The notes under the pieces are model-generated. The model was given only the letters and a program-made list of their open reading frames with translations, was not told where the DNA came from and did no database searches. A stretch of DNA of 64,000 bases from a virus. The DNA lies in IMG/VR virus record IMGVR_UViG_3300036791_001038, positions 1 to 64,000 of that record. One strand, written 5' to 3'. Shown piece after piece: positions 37,154-45,838 of the stretch. A program made the position numbers and the translations under genes. Within the stretch, counting starts at the first letter, position 1. The number at the start of each line of letters is the position of its first letter.

Positions 37154-38052
37154 TGCCCGCCCTCAAGTACTGGGATGCCGGAAGCAATCAGTACGTATTG
37201 CTCATGCCGGGGACACCGACCACCTTCCCGCTAATCTACACCCAGACCTTGAGCGCTCCCACGGTGGTGTCGTCGCCCTATCAGGTCAACCACAATCTCG
37301 GTACCACCACGCCGTTGGTGCAGGCATATGACGCCGTGACCGGCCAGCTTGTCATGGTGGCCATCACGGTGGCCAACAGCAACTCCATCCAGGTCAGCGT
37401 GTCGGCCAACATGCCGAATAACATCAACGTGGTCGTGGTTGGCACCGCTCAGGCGACAGTACCAGTACAGCCCGCGGACGTGGCCAATAAGTCCTATGTT
37501 GACGCTCGCACCCCCAACTTGCCTGCGCCGGTTACCAGCGGCTCAGGTGTCCAGAGCTTCACAGATGCTCTCGGGGATGTGTGGGTGGCAGTCAATGGTG
37601 TGTACTCAGGCAACTGGCGACGTGCTAAGGATGTAATCCGTGCCAGGGTCTACCGGGTGGCCGCCTTCACGGCTGGGGCAGCCGGGTACACCATCGTTCC
37701 TTACGACACGGTTTCGGATGACGCCTTTGGTGGGTGGACGTTGGGTGCCAATGCCCTCTACACCTGTCCAATAGCCGGTAGGTACTCTGCCTCTGCCCGT
37801 GGTGGTTGGGCTGTCACCGGGGCAACACGGGGCTTTATCAGCATCTACAGGCAGGGTGGCGAAGCGTATCGTGGCACTGATATTTCCACCACCACTGCCT
37901 CTATCCCACTGAGTGTTGTTGTGACAAGTTCTCTTCTTGTGAATGCTAACGACCAACTACAAGCAAGACTCTACTGCTCTGTTGCCTCCTTAGTCATGGA
38001 GGTCGCTCAGATCTTGGCATACATGGATGTGCAATACATAGGGCCGGTTTGA
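37153..38052 (+). CDS. fibre-associated protein with C1q-like C-terminal domain (paralog 1)
   Basis: V.HNLGT..P.VQ.YD N-term; shared NLPAP..SG..IQSFTD..G.VWVA motif; YDTV..D...YTCPIAGRY. Confidence 0.7.
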   Translation: MPALKYWDAGSNQYVLLMPGTPTTFPLIYTQTLSAPTVVSSPYQVNHNLGTTTPLVQAYDAVTGQLVMVAITVANSNSIQVSVSANMPNNINVVVVGTAQATVPVQPADVANKSYVDARTPNLPAPVTSGSGVQSFTDALGDVWVAVNGVYSGNWRRAKDVIRARVYRVAAFTAGAAGYTIVPYDTVSDDAFGGWTLGANALYTCPIAGRYSASARGGWAVTGATRGFISIYRQGGEAYRGTDISTTTASIPLSVVVTSSLLVNANDQLQARLYCSVASLVMEVAQILAYMDVQYIGPV

Positions 38053-39218
38053 TGGCCAAACTTAGCTCGTTGATGAACGCCTTTGTTAGTGGTCTTAGCA
38101 ATCCTCCTTGGGCCAGTGCAAATGCGGCCGGAGGCTCATTTTCGGCTGTTGGACAACTGGTTTTGAATGTCCCGGTGAACACGGTTAGCTCCGCTGCATC
38201 ACTAGTCACTTACAGTGGGGGCTACATCTACTGGGATATCACCGAGAGTTACATCGTCGTTCAGGTGGTGAATGCTGGGACTCAAAATGCCACTCTTGAA
38301 CTGTGGTGCCCGCAGTTGGTTGATACCTCTGGTAACTGGTTTGGCTGGCACATCATCAACGGCCAGATCCAGGCCGACTACGAGGGCACCATCGTAGCCT
38401 CGGCCACTTACTCAGCCATCACCCACGCCTGGCTGAGGATACGTGAGACCGCCAGTACGACCTATTTCGATTTCTCATCTGACGGTGTGAACTGGACGAA
38501 TCTCACCTCTTACGCTGACTCAGCCCACACCTATGTGGCCACCGCCGTTTACCCCAACTTCTACCTGGGCAGCAACAGCAGCGGCACCAATCCCGCGTCC
38601 TCAGCGACCCTCGACAACCTTAACCTGCCGCCCGTTCCTGTTCAGATACCCAACTATGCCGTCACCGACAACCTGCCTGCTCCTCTGACCTCGGGCACCA
38701 CCATCCAGAGCTTCACTGATGTCGGAGGTGAGATCTGGGTGGCTAAGAACGGCGTCAATGGTGGCACCTGGAACCGGGCGCGTGACGTGTTGAAGGGCAT
38801 AATCACCCGGAATGCGGCCTACAACATGCCTACCGCTACCACGGGCGGCGGAGGCATCATCGCCTTCGATGCCGTTGCCAAGGACGTGTACGGCATGTAC
38901 ACGGGTGCTAGTAACTACGGCTATACGGCCTTCATCGGCGGCTGGTACCAAGCCTTTGTCATCATTCAGGTCGTCTGCACGGTGGCCAATGCTTTCGTCC
39001 AGGGTTCCATCAAGGTCAACAACACCACCCTGTGGTCGAGTGACAACGAGTTCAGTGCCCTGGCGTCTGGAGGTGGCTTGCTCTGGCGCAGTAGCGCCCT
39101 GTTGTTCTTGAACGCCGGGGACATCGTCAACACGGTCGCTTATAATGCCCAAGGGTTCGCAGTGTCTGCGGGTGCTTCTGTCACTCACATGGACTTTGAG
39201 TATGTGGGGTCAGGATGA
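38049..39218 (+). CDS. lectin-like plus C1q-like protein (paralog 2)
   Basis: WLRIRE....YFDFSSDG.NW domain, then the shared motif. Confidence 0.7.
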   Translation: MMAKLSSLMNAFVSGLSNPPWASANAAGGSFSAVGQLVLNVPVNTVSSAASLVTYSGGYIYWDITESYIVVQVVNAGTQNATLELWCPQLVDTSGNWFGWHIINGQIQADYEGTIVASATYSAITHAWLRIRETASTTYFDFSSDGVNWTNLTSYADSAHTYVATAVYPNFYLGSNSSGTNPASSATLDNLNLPPVPVQIPNYAVTDNLPAPLTSGTTIQSFTDVGGEIWVAKNGVNGGTWNRARDVLKGIITRNAAYNMPTATTGGGGIIAFDAVAKDVYGMYTGASNYGYTAFIGGWYQAFVIIQVVCTVANAFVQGSIKVNNTTLWSSDNEFSALASGGGLLWRSSALLFLNAGDIVNTVAYNAQGFAVSAGASVTHMDFEYVGSG

Positions 39219-39790
39219 GTATTCAATCCACTTACGCGCCAGCTAACAATCTCCCCAATCCTATTGTCTCGGGATCGGGCATCCAGGGTTACACCGATGT
39301 CAACGGTGAAGTATGGGTCGCTGCCAATGGAGTGAACGGAGGAAACTGGAGCAAGGCTCGGGAGGCATTACATGCCGTCGTCGGTCGAGCGGCAGCCTTT
39401 ACCTGTCCTACCGGTGTCACCACGTTTGGCTGGGACACCATCGTTCATGATACCTACGGGATGTTTTCCGGTGGTCCCAACTACGGTTTCAACATCCCGG
39501 TAGCTGGTAGCTATCGACTGTTCGCTCAGTATGCGGCAGGTTGTCAGTCCGCTCAGTACTGTGGCATCCGTCATTATTACAACGATGGACATGGTGGTAG
39601 CGCCCTGCTGACCAACGAGAACAAGATAATGAATCAATCATCGGGGAACGTTGTGATCTACTCCCTGGCGATCAGCTTCAACGCCCAGCCGGGATGGTGG
39701 TATTACGTCATGTATTGGCAGCCCAATGGAGGGGCTGGTGTTCCCGGTGTTCAATGTCGCTACTCGATCAGCTACATAGGTGCGCCATGA
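39215..39790 (+). CDS. C1q-like protein (paralog 3)
   Basis: Shared motif plus WDTI..D.YG...F.IPVAG.Y. Confidence 0.7.
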   Translation: MSIQSTYAPANNLPNPIVSGSGIQGYTDVNGEVWVAANGVNGGNWSKAREALHAVVGRAAAFTCPTGVTTFGWDTIVHDTYGMFSGGPNYGFNIPVAGSYRLFAQYAAGCQSAQYCGIRHYYNDGHGGSALLTNENKIMNQSSGNVVIYSLAISFNAQPGWWYYVMYWQPNGGAGVPGVQCRYSISYIGAP

Positions 39791-40347
39791 GCATTGCTAC
39801 CTATACTCCTGTTAATGATCTGATCGCCCCGGTTACCACTGGTGGCATCCAGAGTTTCATCGACGTGTACGGGGATGTCTGGGTAGCCAAGCCGGGAGTC
39901 AATGGCGGAGCGTGGCGCAAAGCCCGTGACGTATTGCATGCTGTTATCTACCGCAATGCCGCCTGGTCAACCGGGAACACCATTGTGGTGGCCTTCGACA
40001 CGGTGGTGCGTGACACCTATGGCATGTTCTCCAGCAACGGGTATCTCATCCCGGTGGCAGGTTGGTATCGGATCCAGGGAACCTGCAACGGCAACGTGAC
40101 GGCTTTGGGCCAATACATGATCGCTTACATCTACGGTGGTAGTCCCACGGCAGGCACCCAGCTTTCCTCGACCAACGTCACCGATCCGCTAACCGGTGGC
40201 GGGTGTGCCTGCCGCACCTGGACCGACACCTACTGTAACGCTGGCGATCTGATCCAACTGAGGATGTATCAGGCTGGCTTCCCCATCAATGCCCAGGTGG
40301 GGCAGGCCAACACTCGCCTGGAGATCTCGTTCACAGGGACTGGCTAA
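39787..40347 (+). CDS. C1q-like protein (paralog 4)
   Basis: Shared motif plus FDTV..D.YG...YLIPVAGWY. Confidence 0.7.
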   Translation: MSIATYTPVNDLIAPVTTGGIQSFIDVYGDVWVAKPGVNGGAWRKARDVLHAVIYRNAAWSTGNTIVVAFDTVVRDTYGMFSSNGYLIPVAGWYRIQGTCNGNVTALGQYMIAYIYGGSPTAGTQLSSTNVTDPLTGGGCACRTWTDTYCNAGDLIQLRMYQAGFPINAQVGQANTRLEISFTGTG

Positions 40348-40356
40348 GGAGAATCG

Positions 40357-40962
40357 ATGAGCTACCTGACCTATGCATTCCTCACCGAGGACGTGAACTT
40401 CGGACGACGATCCCGTGCCTGCATCAACGAGACCGCCAACTCGCTCAATCAGTCTGACAATCCTGCCATCGCGGCATTGGCTACTGATCTGTTGAAGCAA
40501 GAGGCTTTGCAGACCACGGTCATGCTCAACTCCATCTGTGCTGGTCCGAACTTCAGCATCATTGTGGACAATGGCGATGGCACCATCGATTCGACCAAGA
40601 TCTCCGACGAGGACATCAAGGCCCATACCCAGGCCATGTTCACTGAGGTGGCCTGGGTCTTCTACCCTGATTTGACAGCACCACCTGACATACCTCCTGA
40701 TGAGGTGCCTCCTGATGAGGTCACGGTGACCGACATCTCGCCTATTAGCGGAGATAAGAACGGCGGTACCACCGTGACCATCACCGGCACTGGCTTGACC
40801 GGGACCACCGACGTGACCATCAGCAACCCCTGCACCAACGTCACCGTGGTCTCCGACACCACCGTCACCGCCATCACCCCAACCGCCGCCAAAGCCACGT
40901 TCCCCGTGATCGTGACGGTGGACGGCGTTGAGGTCACTGGCCCGAACTACCAGTACATCTAG
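40357..40962 (+). CDS. fibre chaperone-like domain plus IPT/TIG Ig-like domain
   Basis: C-term VT.ISP.SG...GGT.VTITGTG. N-term is paralogous to 40999. Confidence 0.75.
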   Translation: MSYLTYAFLTEDVNFGRRSRACINETANSLNQSDNPAIAALATDLLKQEALQTTVMLNSICAGPNFSIIVDNGDGTIDSTKISDEDIKAHTQAMFTEVAWVFYPDLTAPPDIPPDEVPPDEVTVTDISPISGDKNGGTTVTITGTGLTGTTDVTISNPCTNVTVVSDTTVTAITPTAAKATFPVIVTVDGVEVTGPNYQYI

Positions 40963-40998
40963 ATTCGATATCCATCCACCTAATCACCCGGAGGTGCT

Positions 40999-41334
40999 AT
41001 GAGCTACAGCAGCGTCCATCTCTTGAACCAAGAGCCCACCTACGCCGGGCGGGTTCGGGCTTGTGTCACCGAGCAGGCCGCCTTGCTGACCGGTGACGCC
41101 GATCCGGCCATCGCGGCCTGCGCCAATGCCGGGCTGCGAGGTGACCCGGTGATCATGGACACCTTCGTGCGGACCACCTCCAGCGCCCCCGGCCTGGGCG
41201 ACAAGGCCGACGTGGGAGACGGCACCATCGACCACACCCTGATCGTGGACGACGACATCCTGACCGCCATCCAGACCAACTTCCCGAAGGTGGCGGTGTT
41301 GTTCTTCAACGCCGAAGGCGTCAGGATCGCCTGA
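40999..41334 (+). CDS. fibre chaperone-like protein (paralog of 40357 N-term)
   Basis: MSY...L......R.RAC..E.A...GDGTID...I.D.DI. Confidence 0.7.
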   Translation: MSYSSVHLLNQEPTYAGRVRACVTEQAALLTGDADPAIAACANAGLRGDPVIMDTFVRTTSSAPGLGDKADVGDGTIDHTLIVDDDILTAIQTNFPKVAVLFFNAEGVRIA

Positions 41335-41561
41335 TGAGCCCGACCAAGAAGGACACCAACAAGCGCATGCGGGTGGTGGGCTGGAACATCCAGCCTGTCA
41401 TCATGGCCGACGACGGCGAGAACCTGACCCCGGTCCAGGTCCAGGCCACCATGATCTCGGCCGCCAACTGGGACGAGTTCAAGGAGGGCGGCGACAAGCT
41501 GGCCCTCGAAGACCTGCGGACCCAGATCGAGAACGGGAAGGTCGAAACCCCCAACACCTGA
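41334..41561 (+). CDS. small hypothetical protein
   Basis: TGATG coupling, high GC3. Confidence 0.7.
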   Translation: MSPTKKDTNKRMRVVGWNIQPVIMADDGENLTPVQVQATMISAANWDEFKEGGDKLALEDLRTQIENGKVETPNT

Positions 41562-41577
41562 CCGTACCTGAGGTGAT

Positions 41578-43185
41578 GTGACCCCTACCCCTGAGCCACT
41601 CGCTGGACCGTCGGTCGCTCGGACCGCGGGGGTGCTGGGCGCGCCGGTCGGGTCCTTCGTGTTGAGCAAGCCGTTGGTGGCCGCCGAGGCCGCCTCTATC
41701 GGCATGTCCGCCAGCACCGGCCTGACCGTCCAAGGTCAGGTCACCCAGGTGGCCCAGGTGGCCCAGTCGGCCACCTCTGGGATGGTCCTGGCCGGAGTGG
41801 TCACCCGCCCGGCCGCGGTGTCCCTGTCGGCTACGGCCGGGATGACCATCGCTCCTCTGGTCACCGAGGTGGCCACGGTAGCTCTGTCCGCTTCGACCAG
41901 CTTGACCCTTGCTGCGACTCGCACGGTATTCGGCACCGTACCTTTGAGCGCCACTACCGGGCTGACCGTTACCACCCTCCAGACGGTCCTGGCCACGGTG
42001 CCGCTCTCGGCTGTCTCCGGGCTGAACATCGCCGGGCTGATCACTCAGCAGGCCGGGGTGGCTTTGACCGCCACCGGAGGACTGACCATCTCGCCCCTGG
42101 TCACCGAGATGGGCGCGCTGACCATGACCGGGGTGGCCTCCCTGTCGGCCACCCTCACCGGCCTGTACGCCGGGACGGTCGCCATGACGGCGGCCACCTC
42201 CCTGACCCTGGTGTACACCGTCTTCGCCGGGACCTCGATCTTCATGGCCGCCACTACCACCCTGGTCGTAGCCGCCTGGGTCACCGAGTTGGCCGCGGTG
42301 TCGATGAGCGCCAGCGCGGGCCTGGTCGTAGCCGGGGTGGTGACCCGCTCCGGGGCCGTGACCATGAGCGCCACCGCCGGGTTGGCCTTCACCGTCCTGG
42401 TCACCGAGGTGGCCGTGGTGGCCATGAGCGCCAACGCCGTCCTCACCATCGTGGCTGGGGTGACCGAGATGGCGGTGGTGGCCCTGTCGGCACGGGCCAG
42501 CCTGACGGTGGCGGCCCTGGTGACCGAAGAGGGCTCGTTGGCCCTGAGCGGGTCCACCACCTTGACCGTGGCGGCCGGGGTGATTGAGCTTGCCAGTGTC
42601 GATCTGACCGGGCTGGCGTCCTTGACCACGGCGGCTCTGGTGATCGAGCAGGGCACGGTGGCCATGACGGCGGTGGCCTCGCTGACCACGATCGGGGTGG
42701 TGGTCCGGTACGGCTCGGTGAACATGACGGCGGTGGCCTCGCTGACGGTGACCGGGTTGATCACCGAGTTCGCCATCGAGGCCTTCATGGGGGCCACGGC
42801 CGAAGTGCTGATCGGTCACCTGTTCATACCGGCCTCGGTTCCCCTCAATGCCAGGTCCACGCTGCTGATCTTGGCTCGGGTGACCGAACTGGCCACGGTG
42901 CAGTTGAAGGCCAAGGCGGCCATGAAGGTGATCGGCACCGTTATCGCCATCACCATCCTGGGCAAGGTCCGACCGGGGGCCACCCTATACCCTTGGCCCG
43001 AGTCCGAGGCTCTGGTGGAGATCACCGAGGACCTCACGGGCCTGGTCAGGATGGCCGGTACGCTCTTCCCCTGGCCGGTGGCGGGCGGCCCGGAGGAGGA
43101 GACCGAGAACATCCTGGGGGTCGTCCGCGTCGGAGGACCCCTCTTCCCGTTTCCCACTACGGATCCCACCATGGAGAACCAATGA
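41578..43185 (+). CDS. repetitive (~24-aa unit) beta-rich virion protein
   Basis: More than 15 repeats of about VTE.A.VA(L/M)SA.A.LTV. Confidence 0.75.
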   Translation: MTPTPEPLAGPSVARTAGVLGAPVGSFVLSKPLVAAEAASIGMSASTGLTVQGQVTQVAQVAQSATSGMVLAGVVTRPAAVSLSATAGMTIAPLVTEVATVALSASTSLTLAATRTVFGTVPLSATTGLTVTTLQTVLATVPLSAVSGLNIAGLITQQAGVALTATGGLTISPLVTEMGALTMTGVASLSATLTGLYAGTVAMTAATSLTLVYTVFAGTSIFMAATTTLVVAAWVTELAAVSMSASAGLVVAGVVTRSGAVTMSATAGLAFTVLVTEVAVVAMSANAVLTIVAGVTEMAVVALSARASLTVAALVTEEGSLALSGSTTLTVAAGVIELASVDLTGLASLTTAALVIEQGTVAMTAVASLTTIGVVVRYGSVNMTAVASLTVTGLITEFAIEAFMGATAEVLIGHLFIPASVPLNARSTLLILARVTELATVQLKAKAAMKVIGTVIAITILGKVRPGATLYPWPESEALVEITEDLTGLVRMAGTLFPWPVAGGPEEETENILGVVRVGGPLFPFPTTDPTMENQ

Positions 43186-44117
43186 CCGCACTGCCCTCTC
43201 CTGTCCCCGGTAATCCTCCGGCCAATCTGGAGGACTATCTCTACGTCTCGCAACAGGCCAACGATCAGGTTGGCATCATCATCAACATCGGCGGAGTGCC
43301 CACCGATCCTGACGGTCTAGTGGTGCTGGTGGCCATGATGCCGGACCTGGCCGGAGTGCCCGCCGTTTTCACCGGGCGTAACGCCGTGCGGGACTACACC
43401 GGGGCCTATTCGTACACCTTCCTGTCCACCGACACCGCCATCACCGGCAAGTACCACCTGGCCTGGACCTACCAGCTATCCGGGGTGCCGGACACCTACA
43501 TGACCCCGATCGAGGTGGGCTCCTACAGCCCGGCCTATGACGCTCTGGCCCCGGACATGCGGGCTGTCATCGACCTGGTGTGGGCCAAGTTCGAGGACAT
43601 CTACGACAGCCAGTTCGGTGGTCCCAACCTGCTGTCCTATTTCCAGAGTCACTTCGGGCGCGGTCGCATGGCCCAGCTACTGCAGATCGCCATCATGAAC
43701 ATCAACCTGTCCATGCAGCCGGTCAACAACTACTCCTGGGCCGCCCCACCCACCGATGCCAACGCCCCACCGGCCACCGGCCCCACCTTCCCGGTCCAGC
43801 AGTGGGGTGGCCTGCTGGTCCAGGGCCTGACCATCGAGACCATCAAGCACCTGATGCGCTCCTACGTGGAGGAGCCCCTGGCCGAGAACGCCAACGTGGC
43901 CCGCCTGACCCGCCGGGACTACCTGCAGCGCTGGGGCGAGATCCTCTCCACCGAGCAGGCCGCCTACCAGCAGGAACTGGAGGTGTTCAAGATCCGCCAG
44001 ATGTTCACCCTGCAGCCCAGGGTGCTGGTCTCGGGCGGCGTCTACGGGAACTTCGGTCCCACCCGGCTGGCCGGGAATGCCGCGGCCAGACCTCGCTACT
44101 GGACGCGTTGGTACTAA
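43182..44117 (+). CDS. head-tail adaptor/neck protein (putative)
   Basis: Position in the module. Ig-like N-term; C-term HLMRSYVE.P...RRDYLQRW. Confidence 0.6.
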   Translation: MTALPSPVPGNPPANLEDYLYVSQQANDQVGIIINIGGVPTDPDGLVVLVAMMPDLAGVPAVFTGRNAVRDYTGAYSYTFLSTDTAITGKYHLAWTYQLSGVPDTYMTPIEVGSYSPAYDALAPDMRAVIDLVWAKFEDIYDSQFGGPNLLSYFQSHFGRGRMAQLLQIAIMNINLSMQPVNNYSWAAPPTDANAPPATGPTFPVQQWGGLLVQGLTIETIKHLMRSYVEEPLAENANVARLTRRDYLQRWGEILSTEQAAYQQELEVFKIRQMFTLQPRVLVSGGVYGNFGPTRLAGNAAARPRYWTRWY

Positions 44118-44122
44118 GCCAA

Positions 44123-44320
44123 ATGGAATACCTCACCACAAGCTCCAGCAACTCCGCGGTGTCCTGGACCACGGCCAACACCAGCACTACCTCGTTGTCA
44201 TGGACCATCTACCAGTCCCCCAGTGACCCCTCAGCGCCTCCCTGTGGCGTCCGGGAGCCCCGCAGGCCCCTGCTCCCCTCCGGCTCGGCCAGCCAGGCCC
44301 TGGCGCTGCCTGAGGGCTGA
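44123..44320 (+). CDS. small low-complexity protein
   Basis: Fills the gap; contains GVREPRRP. Confidence 0.4.
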   Translation: MEYLTTSSSNSAVSWTTANTSTTSLSWTIYQSPSDPSAPPCGVREPRRPLLPSGSASQALALPEG

Positions 44321-44340
44321 CCAGAGCAACGAAGGGGTGA
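44305..44340 (+). promoter_or_regulatory. putative late promoter motif copy 6 (degenerate upstream box)
   Basis: GCTGCC-N20-GAAGGGGTGA with CCAGAGC in the spacer, followed by G then ATG. Confidence 0.6.
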
Positions 44341-44341
44341 G

Positions 44342-44587
44342 ATGGCGAACGAGTCCGGCACGTCCAAGTATGAGGTACGCCTGGCCAAGTGGTCCGAGGA
44401 GCAGACCACGGCCGCGGCCGAGCGACACGGGGTGGCCCCCGAGGATTTGACCAACGATCACTTCACGGGCCTGGCCCCGGCCGAGGAGATCCGCATCGAT
44501 CATGTCACCGGCAGGGTCATCCACATCGACTCTCGCGGCAACCGGCGGGTCCTGACCATCGAAGAGTGGAACGAGGAGAAGCACTGA
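44342..44587 (+). CDS. small hypothetical protein
   Basis: ORF immediately after the late motif. Confidence 0.7.
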   Translation: MANESGTSKYEVRLAKWSEEQTTAAAERHGVAPEDLTNDHFTGLAPAEEIRIDHVTGRVIHIDSRGNRRVLTIEEWNEEKH

Positions 44588-44979
44588 TGGTCGAGACCAA
44601 CACCGGCATCGGCATCATGGAGCAGCTTCTGACCGGCACCGCTCAGCCCACCCCCTTCGACGCCGGTCATGCCCGCATCGGGGTGGGTGATGGCAACGGC
44701 AGCGTGCCCGTTGCCCACGCCACCGACACCGCCCTGGCCGCCACCACCAACAAGGTCTTCGTGGGCATGAACGCCGGGTTCCCCCAACAGTCCGGCAACG
44801 TCATGACCTGGCAGGCCACCTTCCCGGCCGGGACCGGCACCTTCTTCTGGCGGGAGTGGGGCATCGACAACGGCAATGGTGGCGGCCCGCAGCAGCTTTT
44901 CAACCACATCGGGGTGTCCCTGGGCAACAAGACGGCCGGAACCACCTGGACCTTCCAGGTCAGCGTGACCCAGACCTAG
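44587..44979 (+). CDS. small virion structural protein
   Basis: IGVGDG...A..TDT.L...W.EWG..N....LFN....LG.K. Confidence 0.75.
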   Translation: MVETNTGIGIMEQLLTGTAQPTPFDAGHARIGVGDGNGSVPVAHATDTALAATTNKVFVGMNAGFPQQSGNVMTWQATFPAGTGTFFWREWGIDNGNGGGPQQLFNHIGVSLGNKTAGTTWTFQVSVTQT

Positions 44980-44981
44980 CC

Positions 44982-45425
44982 ATGCCCTTCACCAACTACC
45001 TCGATCAGAAGCTGGCCGGGCTATTCCTAGGCAACACCGCCTATGCCATCCCGGCCAACCTGTACCTGGGCCTGTCCTCCACCGGTCCCACCCAGGCCCA
45101 GGCAGGCACCCCGCCCTGGAACTTCACCGAGCCCTCCGGCAACGCCTATGCGCGGGTGATGGTGCCCAACAACTCGACCAACTTCGGGCCGATCACCACC
45201 GAGCCCCCGGCCGGTTACACCATCCAGAACAAGCTGGTGATCACCTTCCTGCAGGCCAGTGGACCCTGGTTGGCCGGAGCCCCCTTGTCCTGGTTCGGGC
45301 TCTTCGATGTGGTCACCGGAGGCAACCTGTGCCTGTATGGGACCTGCTCCCCGGCCCAGACGGTGGGATCTGGGAACATCACGCTTAGCTTCACTGCCGG
45401 TGCCTTGAATATCACGCTGAACTGA
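44982..45425 (+). CDS. small virion structural protein (paralog family of 30377)
   Basis: YLGLS.T.P...EPSGNAYARV...FGLFD..TGGN. Confidence 0.75.
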   Translation: MPFTNYLDQKLAGLFLGNTAYAIPANLYLGLSSTGPTQAQAGTPPWNFTEPSGNAYARVMVPNNSTNFGPITTEPPAGYTIQNKLVITFLQASGPWLAGAPLSWFGLFDVVTGGNLCLYGTCSPAQTVGSGNITLSFTAGALNITLN

Positions 45426-45435
45426 GGAGCAAACA

Positions 45436-45834
45436 ATGCCCGTAGGAGTTGCCACTCCGGTCGCCAACAGCATTCTGGCATTGATGCTCAACGGCACCGC
45501 GTGGGCCGGTTATAGCACCTTGTACGCCCAGTTGCACACTGGTCAACCAGGACCATTAGGCACCGCTAATGTCGCCGGTGAAGCTCTGCGCGTTACCTGT
45601 GGGACAGTACCGGAGTTCGGAACCCCGACCAACGGGGCTTGCAGCAACAACAATCCCATAACCTGGTCTGCAGTAACCACCAGTGAAACCTACACCTTTG
45701 TCACGCTTTGGACGGCGCTTACCGGTGGGAACTTCGTAGCGTCAGGATCCATCTCTGCACAGCCGGTAGTCGTCGGGAACAACTTCTCAATCCCGGCTGG
45801 AGGCCTGTCTGTTTCGCTGCCTGTAGCGAGCTAA
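45436..45834 (+). CDS. small virion structural protein (paralog family of 30377)
   Basis: Y.QLHTG.PG..GT.N...W.A.T.GNF. Confidence 0.75.
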   Translation: MPVGVATPVANSILALMLNGTAWAGYSTLYAQLHTGQPGPLGTANVAGEALRVTCGTVPEFGTPTNGACSNNNPITWSAVTTSETYTFVTLWTALTGGNFVASGSISAQPVVVGNNFSIPAGGLSVSLPVAS

Positions 45835-45838
45835 GCCT

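Noticed and set aside
30770-40347. Diversity-generating retroelement or invertible fibre cassette
   Set aside because: No reverse transcriptase or invertase in the window, all paralogs are co-oriented, and no near-identical TR/VR pair differing at adenines was seen.
41578-43185. CRISPR-like periodic repeats (~72 nt)
   Set aside because: They are degenerate in-frame coding repeats, not identical repeats with unique spacers.
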